This document shows positions 9,744 through 19,548 of a DNA stretch of 64,000 bases, piece after piece (position 1 is the stretch's first letter; the number at the start of each line of letters is the position of its first letter). The DNA is taken from NCBI GenBank assembly GCA_964367355.1, contig CAYIWY010000002.1, positions 7,296-71,295 of the forward strand, given 5' to 3'. The DNA comes from an uncultured Gammaproteobacteria bacterium. Its GTDB lineage: Bacteria; Patescibacteriota; Microgenomatia; Woykebacterales; RBG-16-39-9b. The notes under the pieces are model-generated. The model did no database searches, had not been told where the DNA came from, and saw only the letters and a list, made by a program, of their open reading frames with translations. A program made the position numbers and the translations under genes.

Positions 9744-10049
9744 ATGGCAACTGGTATTCGACAAGTTGTTTTCGAAAACGGTGAAGACATGAACACCGTT
9801 AACGAAAATCTTAGTGCCGTCGGGTTAAAACTAGTCACTGTTGTCGACATGTACGGTAAGGAAACTTACCCTGTCGACAAAACACACGAACGGGACAACG
9901 GGGAAGAACCAGAGAAACTCGGTCCTGGCGGATTTACCATGGAGGCAGTTAAGCTAGATTTTGACATGATCATTATCATGTACCTGCACCCAGCTTCACC
10001 GGAAATCGACTGTGTTTACTACGCAAAAACAGAGCCCAATCGAAAGTAG
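9744..10049 (+). CDS. Orphan hypothetical protein
   Basis: TGcTACAAT promoter, AAGGAG SD, terminator 10068-10097. Confidence 0.7.
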   Translation: MATGIRQVVFENGEDMNTVNENLSAVGLKLVTVVDMYGKETYPVDKTHERDNGEEPEKLGPGGFTMEAVKLDFDMIIIMYLHPASPEIDCVYYAKTEPNRK

Positions 10050-10119
10050 AGAGTTTAGACTGTTGAAGAGGACGAACCAAACGGCTCGTCCTTTTTTCAT
10101 TTGTGTTAAACTTTTCCCA

Positions 10120-10452
10120 ATGATTTCATACGAAGATTTTTCAAAAGTTGATATCCGGGTTGGAAAAATCGTTAAAGTTGAGGATTTTCCAGAGGCACGG
10201 AAGAGAGCTTACAAACTGGAAATTGATTTTGGAGTGGAAATTGGAATTAAAAAGAGTAGCGCACAGATCGTCGATCTTTACAAAAAAGAAGATTTAATCG
10301 ACAGTTTGGTTCTTGGCGTCGTCAATTTTCCACCCAAGCAAATCGGCCCGTTTGTATCTGAGTGTCTGACACTGGGTGTGCCAGATGAGCAGGGTAGAGT
10401 CGTACTGGTTCGTCCGGATAAAAACGCCACAATCGGCGGCAGACTTTTCTAA
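10120..10452 (+). CDS. csaA: CsaA tRNA-binding/secretion chaperone
   Basis: DIRVGKI, SSAQI, VVNFPPKQIG, SECLTLG. Confidence 0.92.
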   Translation: MISYEDFSKVDIRVGKIVKVEDFPEARKRAYKLEIDFGVEIGIKKSSAQIVDLYKKEDLIDSLVLGVVNFPPKQIGPFVSECLTLGVPDEQGRVVLVRPDKNATIGGRLF

Positions 10453-10521
10453 CCCATAGCTTTACATTCTCCCAAATTCTGCTAAAATACACTTGTTCAG
10501 TAAGTCAAAGGAGAAGAAAAG

Positions 10522-11028
10522 TTGAGTGTGTTTGTTAATCTTCCAATCGAACCAGGGGAGGAAGGCAGAAAGACTACGGCTGCAATTCTAGACACTGTCG
10601 CTACTTTTTGCGAAAAAGCAAAGTTTGAAGAAGATGACGTTGTAAAAATAACCGTCTTCGATGGTGACTATGGTTCCTCCAAACTTTGTTACGATATCAG
10701 CTACCAAATTCGAGGTGAGGGGGACGAGGAACCCGACTACGAGATTGTTCGGGTGAAATTCTACCAAGCTGGTGGTTGGAAAATTGAACCAATCAGCTTT
10801 AACCCGCCGAAAGATCCTTTCGGAGGGTGCCTAGAACCGAAGCACGACATGCGCATTGATTGGGAAAATCAAGTTGGTTTTCTTCTAGGAGCTCTGCAGT
10901 TTCTTTACGCTTCAATGGCAGAATTTCTGCTAGAAGATGCTAACTTAACCAAAACGCAAGCAGCCAATATGCGCCGGAGAGCCAAGGCGTTAAAGTCAAA
11001 AGTTGCAAAAACCTGCGAGATCCAATAA
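10522..11028 (+). CDS. Orphan hypothetical protein
   Basis: TGcTAAAAT promoter, AAGGAG SD, TTG start, terminator about 11034-11072. Confidence 0.7.
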   Translation: MSVFVNLPIEPGEEGRKTTAAILDTVATFCEKAKFEEDDVVKITVFDGDYGSSKLCYDISYQIRGEGDEEPDYEIVRVKFYQAGGWKIEPISFNPPKDPFGGCLEPKHDMRIDWENQVGFLLGALQFLYASMAEFLLEDANLTKTQAANMRRRAKALKSKVAKTCEIQ

Positions 11029-11117
11029 ACAAAAACTCCCAGCGGTGCAAACCAATGGGAGTCTCTCTTTTTCCGAATATTGACCAAAAAATCCCGAAGG
11101 TCTAAGATAGTTAGGCT

Positions 11118-12389
11118 ATGACTTCACAACCACTTGCTGATCAAATGCGGCCCACAAATCTAGAAGGTTTTGTTGGTCAAAGTCATATCGTCGGCAAAGG
11201 TAAAATTATTTCCACGCTCTTGAAACAAGATAAGATCCCATCTCTAATATTCTGGGGGCCACCGGGATCGGGGAAAACTACTTTAGCAAAAATAATTGCC
11301 AATAAAACCAAAAGTTTTTTTGAATTCCACTCTGCTGTTGAGGTTGGGGTTAATGATATTAAAAAAGTAATTTATGAATCCAAAAATAGATTGGAAAAAG
11401 GGGAACCTACTATTCTCTGCATCGATGAAATTCACCGCTAGAACAAATCTCAACAAGCCTACCTACTGCCGTTTGTTGAAGATGGAACAATCATTTTGAT
11501 TGGTGCTACTACCGAAAATCCCTCTTTTGAGGTTATTGGCCCATTACTTTCAAGATCAAGAGTTATAATTCTCGAGCGCCTGGACCAAGAAAACATTAAA
11601 CAACTTGTTGAAAGCGCTTTGAAAGATAAAGAAAAAGGTCTGGGAAATGCCCGGATAAAACTCGAACCAGAAGCACTAAAATTACTTTTGGAAAACTCAA
11701 ACGGCGACGCTCGTACAACTCTCAACGCACTGGAAATTGCTGCCAATCTGACACAACTGCGGCTCGGCGAAAGAAAAGTAACTGTCAAAAAAATTGAACA
11801 AGCCTTAGGCAGCAAAAAACTGCTTTATGATAAAACCGGTGAGGAACACTACAATGTTATCTCTGCATTTATCAAAAGTTTGCGCGGGAGCGACCCTAAT
11901 GCCGCAGTTTACTATTTAGCAAGAATGCTCGAAGCAGGGGAGGATCCAGAATTCATCGCTCGCCGAATGATAATTTTAGCCAGCGAAGATGTTGGCAATG
12001 CCGACCCAAAAGCACTGCAGATTGCCGTTGCGGCAGCACACGCTTTACAATACGTCGGCCTACCCGAAGCTTCTCTAAATTTAGCACAAGCGGCAACTTA
12101 TCTAGCTACTACACCAAAATCCAATGCTAGTTATATGGCTCTGAAAAAAGCCCAAGCAGATGTCAAATATACTCTCAACGAACCTGTACCTCTGCATCTT
12201 CGTAATGCAGTAACCGATCTTATGGGAGATATCGGTTATGGTCAGGGCTACAAATACGCCCACGATTTTGACGGTGGAGTAGTTAAGCAACAGTTTCTTC
12301 CGGATAAATTAAAAGATAAACATTATTACGAACCCAAAGAAATTGGTTACGAAAAATACATTAAAGAACATCTGGAAAAACTCAAATAA
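11118..12389 (+). pseudogene. rarA: Replication-associated recombination protein RarA/MgsA with one in-frame TAG at 11439-11441
   Basis: PLADQMRP, GPPGSGKT, DEIHR*NKSQQ, GATTENP, SLRGSDP and VPLHLRNA all in one frame. Confidence 0.85.
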
Positions 12390-12447
12390 TTTTTCCGTTT
12401 CTTTAAGAATCTTGCAACTAAACTTCTGAATTGATAAAGTTATTCTT

Positions 12448-12918
12448 GTGAAATTCAATCAAGTTACTTGGTATTCAAAAATTTTAGCTCTTGCCTTTTT
12501 TGTAGCTCTGCCTTTCCTTGGTTTTTGGCTTGGTGTGAAGTATCAAGAAGCGATTAACCCAAATCTTGAAGTTGTACCCTCAAATCTTACAACCGAAAAC
12601 CAGTCAGGCAGTGGCGCCAAACCAACTCCCGGAAAAATTGTAAAACAAACTACTAATCCATCGATAACAGTTACTTACGATAACGGTATTTATTATTACA
12701 TCGGAACAATACAATTTTCAGAGACTTGTGGAAGTATTACAGCCAAAGCCAGCGTGACACGAACAGATCCAGCAGTTGTAAATATATTTTTGACAACTCA
12801 TCGACCAGAAGGTGTTATGTGTGGTCAAGCATTTACAAATAAACCTTTTTCCGGACAAATTGCTGCCTCTGAGGGCGCAACCATCAATGTTTACCTCAAT
12901 GATCAATTAGTAAAGTAG
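12448..12918 (+). CDS. Membrane-anchored secreted hypothetical protein
   Basis: VTWYSKILA..LPFLGFWLG anchor, Cys pair. Confidence 0.8.
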   Translation: MKFNQVTWYSKILALAFFVALPFLGFWLGVKYQEAINPNLEVVPSNLTTENQSGSGAKPTPGKIVKQTTNPSITVTYDNGIYYYIGTIQFSETCGSITAKASVTRTDPAVVNIFLTTHRPEGVMCGQAFTNKPFSGQIAASEGATINVYLNDQLVK

Positions 12919-12964
12919 AGAAACCCATTTGCCCGTTTCTTTTCCTAATGTTAAACTCCTGTTA

Positions 12965-13390
12965 ATGAAAACTCGTTTAATCGTTGTTGCCATAATTGAA
13001 AATAAAGAAGGCCAGATTCTTTTAGGCTTGAAAAAACAAAAACGTGGTGTTTTTCCCGGAACGTGGCACAATCTGGGCGGGGGAGTTGAAAAAGGAGAAA
13101 CCCTGGAACAAGCCCTACGCCGCGAAGTTAAAGAAGAGTCATGTTTGGAAATTGAGAGTTTCACAAGAATGAGTTTTTCAGATGGCGTAGCAACAAAACT
13201 TAAAGACGGCAAGAGCGAAGAAATTTACCACGTTTTTCTCGGATTTTTCTGTAAAACAAAGAATGGAAAACTTATTCCCGGCGATGAGTTTGAAAAGTTA
13301 AGTTGGTTTGCAAAAAAGGATTTAGCCAAAACCAATATCAACCCCTTCGCCCATGAAGGTTTTGTAAGAAGCGGTTGGATAAAGAAATGA
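12965..13390 (+). CDS. NUDIX hydrolase
   Basis: GGGVEKGETLEQALRREVKEE Nudix box. Confidence 0.92.
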   Translation: MKTRLIVVAIIENKEGQILLGLKKQKRGVFPGTWHNLGGGVEKGETLEQALRREVKEESCLEIESFTRMSFSDGVATKLKDGKSEEIYHVFLGFFCKTKNGKLIPGDEFEKLSWFAKKDLAKTNINPFAHEGFVRSGWIKK

Positions 13391-13713
13391 AAACTCTCAA
13401 ATTCAATCCTAATCTAATTCCGTTAGTTTTGTCCGAAGAAAAAACTTCGACTTGGAGACTTTGGGATGATAAAGATTTGCAAGTCGGGGACAAAGTTAGT
13501 TTTTTAAATAGCGAAACCAAGGAAGAGTTTACGACCGCTGAATTAATTGAAGTAATTGAAAAACAATTTAAAGATTTAACTGATACGGATTGGACAGGTC
13601 ATGAAAAATTTAGTAGTGAGAAAGAAATGTACGAATCTTATTCAAAATATTACAGTAGGGAAGTAACCCCAGAGACTTTAGTAAAAATAATCCACTTCAA
13701 ACTCATCAAATAA
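13387..13713 (+). CDS. ASCH domain protein
   Basis: EKTSTWRL...GD motif; ATGA overlap with the NUDIX gene. Confidence 0.85.
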   Translation: MKTLKFNPNLIPLVLSEEKTSTWRLWDDKDLQVGDKVSFLNSETKEEFTTAELIEVIEKQFKDLTDTDWTGHEKFSSEKEMYESYSKYYSREVTPETLVKIIHFKLIK

Positions 13714-13829
13714 GAAGTATTATTCCCAAGATTTGTTTTTTCAAATTTATTTTGCTAGAATCCTTCTGTTCGGAAGAGATAGTCGAATCCGAGCTAGTTT
13801 TGAGGATATTCCTCAGAAGGAGAACAGGA

Positions 13830-14378
13830 ATGACAGAGGAGGAGAAGATCCCACGTATTTCCATCCCTTTGGACGAAAAAATTCCGGTGGAAATTGTGAC
13901 TGGCGCTTATACGACCGCCTTGTCCGTCTGCAGCGTTTGTGGTCCAGGAGTTGAGATAACTCGGGTCAATGTTGGTTGTGATTTTGATCGACAAAGTCTT
14001 GGAGAAAGAAGTGCTTATGTTGAGTACATGATTTACTTCCTTCTCAAAGGTGAACAACACTGGGTTAAGATGCACTTCGCCAACGCTGGTGTGAGTTCTT
14101 CAGATTGCTTTCGCGCAATCAAATTGCCCTCACCTTCTGCGGGCTGGCATGAAACGCAAGGTATCCCAGGGAGAACTGAGTTGTTTGGGAATTTTAATTT
14201 CCATACTATCGAACTGATAACCAGGATCAGGGTTGTACTAAACCAGCTTTTGGCTGCCAAACAAGAAGCAGCAAGCGCAGTTACAGCCGAAGCTGATGCT
14301 AAACTTGAGATCTTGGATCTAGATATTAAGTTTTTGGAAGAGCAGCTTAGCCAAACTCGCACTGTTTTAATTCCATAA
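13830..14378 (+). CDS. Orphan hypothetical protein
   Basis: TGcTAGAAT promoter, AGGAG SD, C-terminal coiled coil, terminator about 14392-14426. Confidence 0.7.
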   Translation: MTEEEKIPRISIPLDEKIPVEIVTGAYTTALSVCSVCGPGVEITRVNVGCDFDRQSLGERSAYVEYMIYFLLKGEQHWVKMHFANAGVSSSDCFRAIKLPSPSAGWHETQGIPGRTELFGNFNFHTIELITRIRVVLNQLLAAKQEAASAVTAEADAKLEILDLDIKFLEEQLSQTRTVLIP

Positions 14379-14454
14379 GGAACAAGGTTTTAACTCCTCC
14401 AACTAAACTGGGGGAGTTTCTTTTTTATATTTATTGCCCGCTTCTTTCTCAAAT

Positions 14455-15087
14455 TTACTCAACTGGCTTATGTAAAACCTTAACCACAGTACCACTAATT
14501 AAGCTATCACTATGATCTTCAGGATGAATAAATATTGGAAGGAAGTCTTGTGATGAATCTGACAACAAAACAACCTGATTCTCATCTTTAAAGAATCTCT
14601 TTATATTTGCTAGATTATCAACAACAGCCACCACAACATCACCTTTTTCAGGACTTCGCTTAGAGCTGTCAACAACCACATAATCACCGTCTTTAATAGT
14701 AACACCCTCAACATTAGCCTTATCCATAGAAGAACCTGTTGCTCTTAAAGCGAAGAGTTTCAAATAATCAGTACCTGGTCGAAGAAGTTTTGAAGAAATT
14801 TTTAAGTAACCTTCAACTTCGTCATTAGCTAAATGAGTAGCTGGCCCGCAGTTTGCAGCGCCTAATATTGGAATTGTTATCAAGTCAGACTTACCAAGAA
14901 ATCTTTTTTCAACTCTGTTTACGCTCCTATTAAGTTTAAGTAAACCCTGTTTTTTGAGCTTAGCAATGTAATACTTGACTGTTTGAGGATTTTTGGTATC
15001 AACAAATCGAGCTATTTCTCGTAGCCTCATAGAAGACAGATTTTGCGATTTTGACAGATCAAGCAATTTTTGTTCAGTTTCGTTCAT
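14455..15087 (-). CDS. lexA: LexA-like repressor (S24 peptidase)
   Basis: N-terminal HTH (LREIARFV), ANCG cleavage-site region, GSSM catalytic Ser, IKRF Lys. Confidence 0.8.
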   Translation of the reverse strand: MNETEQKLLDLSKSQNLSSMRLREIARFVDTKNPQTVKYYIAKLKKQGLLKLNRSVNRVEKRFLGKSDLITIPILGAANCGPATHLANDEVEGYLKISSKLLRPGTDYLKLFALRATGSSMDKANVEGVTIKDGDYVVVDSSKRSPEKGDVVVAVVDNLANIKRFFKDENQVVLLSDSSQDFLPIFIHPEDHSDSLISGTVVKVLHKPVE

Positions 15088-15231
15088 TTACAAATGATAC
15101 CATAGAGTTGCGAAAACAACAAGTTTACATCAACTTACACATTTCTTAAATTAGCTATTGACAACTCTCAGAATAATCAAATATTATTAATTTATTATCA
15201 TTAGTTTATTAGATTGGAGGTGAACTTAAAA

Positions 15232-15540
15232 ATGGCAAGAAACTTTAACACTGATCGTTCAGGAAACTCGTTTTCTGTAGCAACTAAAATACTAGTTTGG
15301 ATCAAGGGTGAGACAAACTCTGAATATGACCCTAAGTACTTTAGGAGAGATGCTTGCGGAGCTTTAATTGAATGGGTACAGTACGGATCAACCACCATAC
15401 ACGGCTGGGAGATTGACCACATTAGAACAGTAGCGAACCACGGTGGAGATGAATTATCAAATCTCCAACCCCTACAGTGGGAGAATAATCGAACTAAAGG
15501 TGATTCAACAAGTTTGAATTACTGCAAAGTACGAGAATAA
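15232..15540 (+). CDS. Stand-alone HNH endonuclease
   Basis: RDACG, GWEIDHI, GGDELSNLQPLQWENNRTKGD; TTGACA-18-TATTAT promoter; GGAGGT SD. Confidence 0.9.
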   Translation: MARNFNTDRSGNSFSVATKILVWIKGETNSEYDPKYFRRDACGALIEWVQYGSTTIHGWEIDHIRTVANHGGDELSNLQPLQWENNRTKGDSTSLNYCKVRE

Positions 15541-15569
15541 CCCACAAACAAGTGGCGCTGCCCACCACT

Positions 15570-16175
15570 TTAAATTTCCAAAACCCTCACCGAATTATCT
15601 TCAACCCAAACAGCTTGGTCGTCAGTGAGAGTTTTTAATTTAAACTTGTCCTTGTAATCGTCAATGATTTTTTGATACCGAGACAGATACTTTTCCTTAC
15701 CGTAGTGGGGGAGGATGACAAAATCGACTAGTCCTAGACCTTTGGTATTTTCTAGCTTTGCTTTTGATGGATCGTCCAGATCGTTGACTGGCGCGATATC
15801 CGGACCAGCTAATGTTGCTCCGGCACTTGCACCCACGTAAATCACACCGCTATCGAGCAAATTGCCGATAATTTTATCAAACCCAGATTCTCGGACTTTT
15901 TCTAGTAAATAAAATGTATTGCCGCCAGAGACAAAAATAATATCAAAAGACTTTAGAGCTTCGAAAAGCTTTTCTTCAGTTTGGTTTTTCAGATCAACCT
16001 CAGTAAATTTGAACCCCAGTTCTTTCAAATTTTTTCGATCAGCCTCAATGAACCATTTATCTTCGTAGGGATCCGCCGCTGTCGGAATATAGGCAAGTTT
16101 TAGTTCTTCTGGTTTTGCAGGAAGTTGACCAACCAATTTATCAATCCGCACCGAGGTAAGGTAAAGTTTTCTCAT
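15570..16175 (-). CDS. Peptidase E (S51)
   Basis: IPTA, GGNTFYLL, GASAGA, LPH. Confidence 0.9.
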   Translation of the reverse strand: MRKLYLTSVRIDKLVGQLPAKPEELKLAYIPTAADPYEDKWFIEADRKNLKELGFKFTEVDLKNQTEEKLFEALKSFDIIFVSGGNTFYLLEKVRESGFDKIIGNLLDSGVIYVGASAGATLAGPDIAPVNDLDDPSKAKLENTKGLGLVDFVILPHYGKEKYLSRYQKIIDDYKDKFKLKTLTDDQAVWVEDNSVRVLEI

Positions 16176-16193
16176 TGTTATATTCTAATCCTT

Positions 16194-16222
16194 TTGACAA
16201 ATCCTTGATCTAGCATTAAAAT
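16194..16222 (+). promoter_or_regulatory. Sigma70 promoter
   Basis: TTGACA-17 nt-TAAAAT. Confidence 0.75.
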
Positions 16223-16268
16223 TCCCACAAACGTAGGGAAACCAAATTAAACGAGAAGGAGATTGGTC

Positions 16269-16757
16269 ATGAGCAAGGTTTCGATTGAAGGAGTAGATCA
16301 CCCGACTTTCTCCACAAGAGACAAACGGGAGATCAGTCGCCTGGCCACAAGGTTGGTCAGATATTGTCCAGGCGTGGTGTCGGTTGAAGTTACCACATCT
16401 CAAACAAGTGGAACCAGGAACTCTGTCTGCCTCGATTACAAAGTCATTTTCGATCTGGGTAAGGTTTTTGCACTGCCGGACAATTTGCCATTTTCTCGCA
16501 CAATCCGTTTCAGCAGTTCCGGGGAGTGGTCGATTATTCCGGACCGGTTCAGAGGCAAGAAAATGCCTAGTGTTCGACCGGATCAAGTGAAAGAAATCGA
16601 CCGTGTGAAAGGTTTGCTCAAAAGCTGGAAAGTTCAACGCGAATTACTCAGTTGGTACTTCGCCGACATCGGCTACTACTGTTTCAGTAGCGGGGGCATA
16701 AGTCTCTGCGGTTGGGAGAGACAACTAGAGCAACGCAAGAAAATAAAGGCTGCATAG
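16269..16757 (+). CDS. Orphan hypothetical protein
   Basis: AAGGAG SD, promoter upstream. Confidence 0.7.
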   Translation: MSKVSIEGVDHPTFSTRDKREISRLATRLVRYCPGVVSVEVTTSQTSGTRNSVCLDYKVIFDLGKVFALPDNLPFSRTIRFSSSGEWSIIPDRFRGKKMPSVRPDQVKEIDRVKGLLKSWKVQRELLSWYFADIGYYCFSSGGISLCGWERQLEQRKKIKAA

Positions 16758-16781
16758 CAAACTAAAGTAAGGGGTGGGGCA

Positions 16782-17033
16782 GTGTTCTACTGGATCGACT
16801 ACTAAAGTAGAAACACTGGACCAAAAGCGGTGACAAACCGCCTTCTTGACAAATACGGACTCAGAGTTCTCAAGATCGTTCCCGCCTATTTCGACGAAAG
16901 TAGCGAACTGGTTGAAATTGACGGGGATCTTACAACCTACAAGTTCCCTGCCAATTGTGTTGTGGAAGTTTTTCTTGGAACAGCCGAACCAGAACCATTT
17001 GCTACCTACGTTGCCCAAGTAATAAAGGCCTGA
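16782..17033 (+). pseudogene. Small orphan gene, possibly interrupted by TAA at 16803-16805 (or starting at GTG 16830)
   Basis: G-rich SD precedes GTG 16782, in frame with the 16830-17033 ORF; terminator 17040-17084. Confidence 0.45.
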
Positions 17034-17137
17034 CCCACACGGCGAGGAAGTTTCGATAAAATCGAATCCTCGCCGCTTCTTTTTACCACAAATTTCATCT
17101 CATAGTGTATAATATATTCCAGGAAAAGGAGTGACTA

Positions 17138-17626
17138 ATGTTAAGTCAGGGGCAGATTTTTCAGCTAGTGGTAAGTGGAAGAATGTTTTGTTGGGCTGGT
17201 CAAGGTGATCGCCACAGCATTGAACCAACGATTCCCGGAGCAAAGCGTTTTAGACTTGAAACAAACTACAACGGAATTCCAGCAAGTTACGAAGACCAGT
17301 ACCTGGGAGAAAACGCTTTTTTTGGATCCGAACTAGTTCGGGTTGGGGATGAAAACGAAGCCGTCTGGGGAATGAATTACAACGGCTACTTGATGGATGA
17401 AGTCGAGAAAGTTGAACAATTCCTCAAGTCCATCCTTCGTACCGAAGCAAACCGTATCCGGTTTGGCGAAGACGTCCATATAACCCAAAAAGACTTGACT
17501 TATTCAAGTCGCACTGTCCGTCGGGTAAATAATCTGCATTTTACCCAAATTGAAACCATAAAGAGGGCTGGGGTAGAGTTTTACTCTGCAACACTCTCAG
17601 CCGGATCGATCATGACTCTTCCATGA
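17138..17626 (+). CDS. DUF5680-like protein
   Basis: YEDQYLG..FFGSELV...VWGMNYNG motif. Confidence 0.75.
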   Translation: MLSQGQIFQLVVSGRMFCWAGQGDRHSIEPTIPGAKRFRLETNYNGIPASYEDQYLGENAFFGSELVRVGDENEAVWGMNYNGYLMDEVEKVEQFLKSILRTEANRIRFGEDVHITQKDLTYSSRTVRRVNNLHFTQIETIKRAGVEFYSATLSAGSIMTLP

Positions 17627-17645
17627 TAGATTTAGTCCGAATTTT

Positions 17646-17689
17646 CGGCGGGATCTGTGAAACTTCACACTCCCGCCGTTTCTTTTTGA
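17646..17689 (+). repeat. 44-bp terminator-like hairpin, copy 1
   Basis: 41/44 identical to 18260-18303. Confidence 0.85.
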
Positions 17690-17763
17690 TAACTATCCCA
17701 TAGTGACAATTTGTGCTATAATACATGCAATTAACTTGTTCAATCCTGAAAAGGAGAAGAAAC

Positions 17764-18246
17764 GTGAGAGCGATACGAACCCTTCGAGATATGTTCGAAG
17801 ACCAATCGGAAATTTTCGAAAAGGTAAAGAAACTTTTCCCAATGGTCGATTGGAAAACAGTCGAACTAAATGGGGATGACATTCAGGATCTGTTGGCTAA
17901 ACTTCGCTGCGGTGCTTACGGAGATGAGGATCTTCTGAACGCATCAATCGAAGATTATGGTGGCATAGATCAAATAGTCGATGAGTTGTTTGAGATTCAT
18001 AAGCGCGATGGTCTTGGAACCGATAATCCTTTGCTCGCATTGAGTCGAGCTGTTGATTTCACGAAAGCAGTGATCCTTGCTGTGGCGGATATAACTCTCG
18101 AAATTGCAGAAAGCGAACCACCAGAAGAAGTAAAACTTCTGCTTGACCAGATTAGGGCTAAAGCCGCCGGTCAGCCAGTAACCCGCCCAACAATTGACCG
18201 TTTTCGTGGTGTCCCAAGGACACAAGATGGCCAGATAATCAACTAG
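17764..18246 (+). CDS. Orphan helical protein
   Basis: TGcTATAAT promoter, AAGGAG SD, GTG start. Confidence 0.7.
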   Translation: MRAIRTLRDMFEDQSEIFEKVKKLFPMVDWKTVELNGDDIQDLLAKLRCGAYGDEDLLNASIEDYGGIDQIVDELFEIHKRDGLGTDNPLLALSRAVDFTKAVILAVADITLEIAESEPPEEVKLLLDQIRAKAAGQPVTRPTIDRFRGVPRTQDGQIIN

Positions 18247-18259
18247 AGTGGCACAAACG

Positions 18260-18303
18260 CGGTGGGATTTGTGAAATTTCACACTCCCGCCGTTTCTTTT
18301 TGA
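18260..18303 (+). repeat. 44-bp terminator-like hairpin, copy 2
   Basis: 41/44 identical to 17646-17689. Confidence 0.85.
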
Positions 18304-18480
18304 CAACTCCTCAAACCAATCTAAATCTCCTATATCTTATAGTCTCTGTGGTATAATATTTTCCAACAAACGAGCTACTTTAGCCAACTGGGAGTTGTTC
18401 CATCTCGATGGCAACTCCCGATTTTTTTGGTCATAAAACTTGTTTTGTGTGGTAAAATCATTTCTAAAAGGAGGGGACCA

Positions 18481-18900
18481 GTGACCCATGCAGTGAACCA
18501 CCTGCAGGATCAGGAAAGAGTCGAGTTCGACGACCAAACCGTTCGGCGTGTCTTTGACTGTTTCCGGGATTATTCACTTTCCAGTTTGCTACTGTTGCTT
18601 CAAAAACGCCGTGGGGGACTGGGAATAGTAAGCCTTCAAGAAAAGATCAACCCGATTTATCAAAAGAGAGGCCTGTGGCCAGTTGATGAGAAATTCCTAA
18701 CCGATAAGCTTAGGGTTCTTGTCGAACTTGGATTGGTTGGCGTAAATCCAGCCCAAAACACCTATCGACTCAGTCCGATTGGAAAGCTGTTAGTCGAGCA
18801 CTTACTAATAACCGGTCGGAAAATGGAGCAGAAGCGCCGAGAGTTTGACGAGATATGTAATGCACATGGACAAATTCAGCTAGGGTCGTACGGGGACTGA
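18481..18900 (+). CDS. Winged-helix (HxlR/ArsR-like) protein
   Basis: LTDKLRVLVELGLV...YRLSPIG wing motif; AAGGAGG SD. Confidence 0.7.
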   Translation: MTHAVNHLQDQERVEFDDQTVRRVFDCFRDYSLSSLLLLLQKRRGGLGIVSLQEKINPIYQKRGLWPVDEKFLTDKLRVLVELGLVGVNPAQNTYRLSPIGKLLVEHLLITGRKMEQKRREFDEICNAHGQIQLGSYGD

Positions 18901-19069
18901 TCACACCTAATACCGCTTCAACGAAGTTTACTGCAAAGATCTTCCACTAACCTGGAAGGTCTTTCTTTTTGACAAACAAGCCCTATAACAAGTAATGTAG
19001 CAACTAAACCAAACTTGTTGTATAATCACGAATAACTAAAAGTGGATAGATCTAGGTAAGGAGATTGAA

Positions 19070-19546
19070 ATGACCGACAAAACCCTCGATGTCCAGCTGG
19101 AGGATGCCACTCAGAAAATTCTATATTCGGAAATTAAAGAGTTGGCCGCCAACTCAACCATCGACCCGCTGCGTAAGTACCAATTCGCCCAAACGTACTC
19201 AAGGAGTGAGAATCAGGAGAATTGGTTACTAATGGGCATTGTTGCCGCTTTTGTTTTCCTAGTAATAGCGCTTGGTATCGGAATTACCTGGGCCGGATTC
19301 AATGACCTGCACAACCAATTTGGAGTTACCCCTGGCAACTCCCGAGCCGGCACTGAACTATTAGTTGGCATGCTCTTTATCTTTTTCGGTTCAGGGGTTT
19401 GTTGGTGGTTTCTGGCTTTTGCTGCAAACGCGTCGGCTCGAAAAATGGTTATCAGGGCACGTTTTGAGGAAACTCAAAAACCCAAAAGCTCTGAACAAAC
19501 CGAGATGCCAAACCAGACACCTGCAGCAGAACCCGGTAAGGAGTGA
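19070..19546 (+). CDS. Orphan two-TM protein
   Basis: AAGGAG SD, two hydrophobic segments. Confidence 0.7.
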   Translation: MTDKTLDVQLEDATQKILYSEIKELAANSTIDPLRKYQFAQTYSRSENQENWLLMGIVAAFVFLVIALGIGITWAGFNDLHNQFGVTPGNSRAGTELLVGMLFIFFGSGVCWWFLAFAANASARKMVIRARFEETQKPKSSEQTEMPNQTPAAEPGKE

Positions 19547-19548
19547 GC

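Noticed and set aside
11439-11441. Genome-wide TAG reassignment or pyrrolysine
   Set aside because: TAG terminates several genes at expected positions, RF1 is intact and no pyl genes are seen
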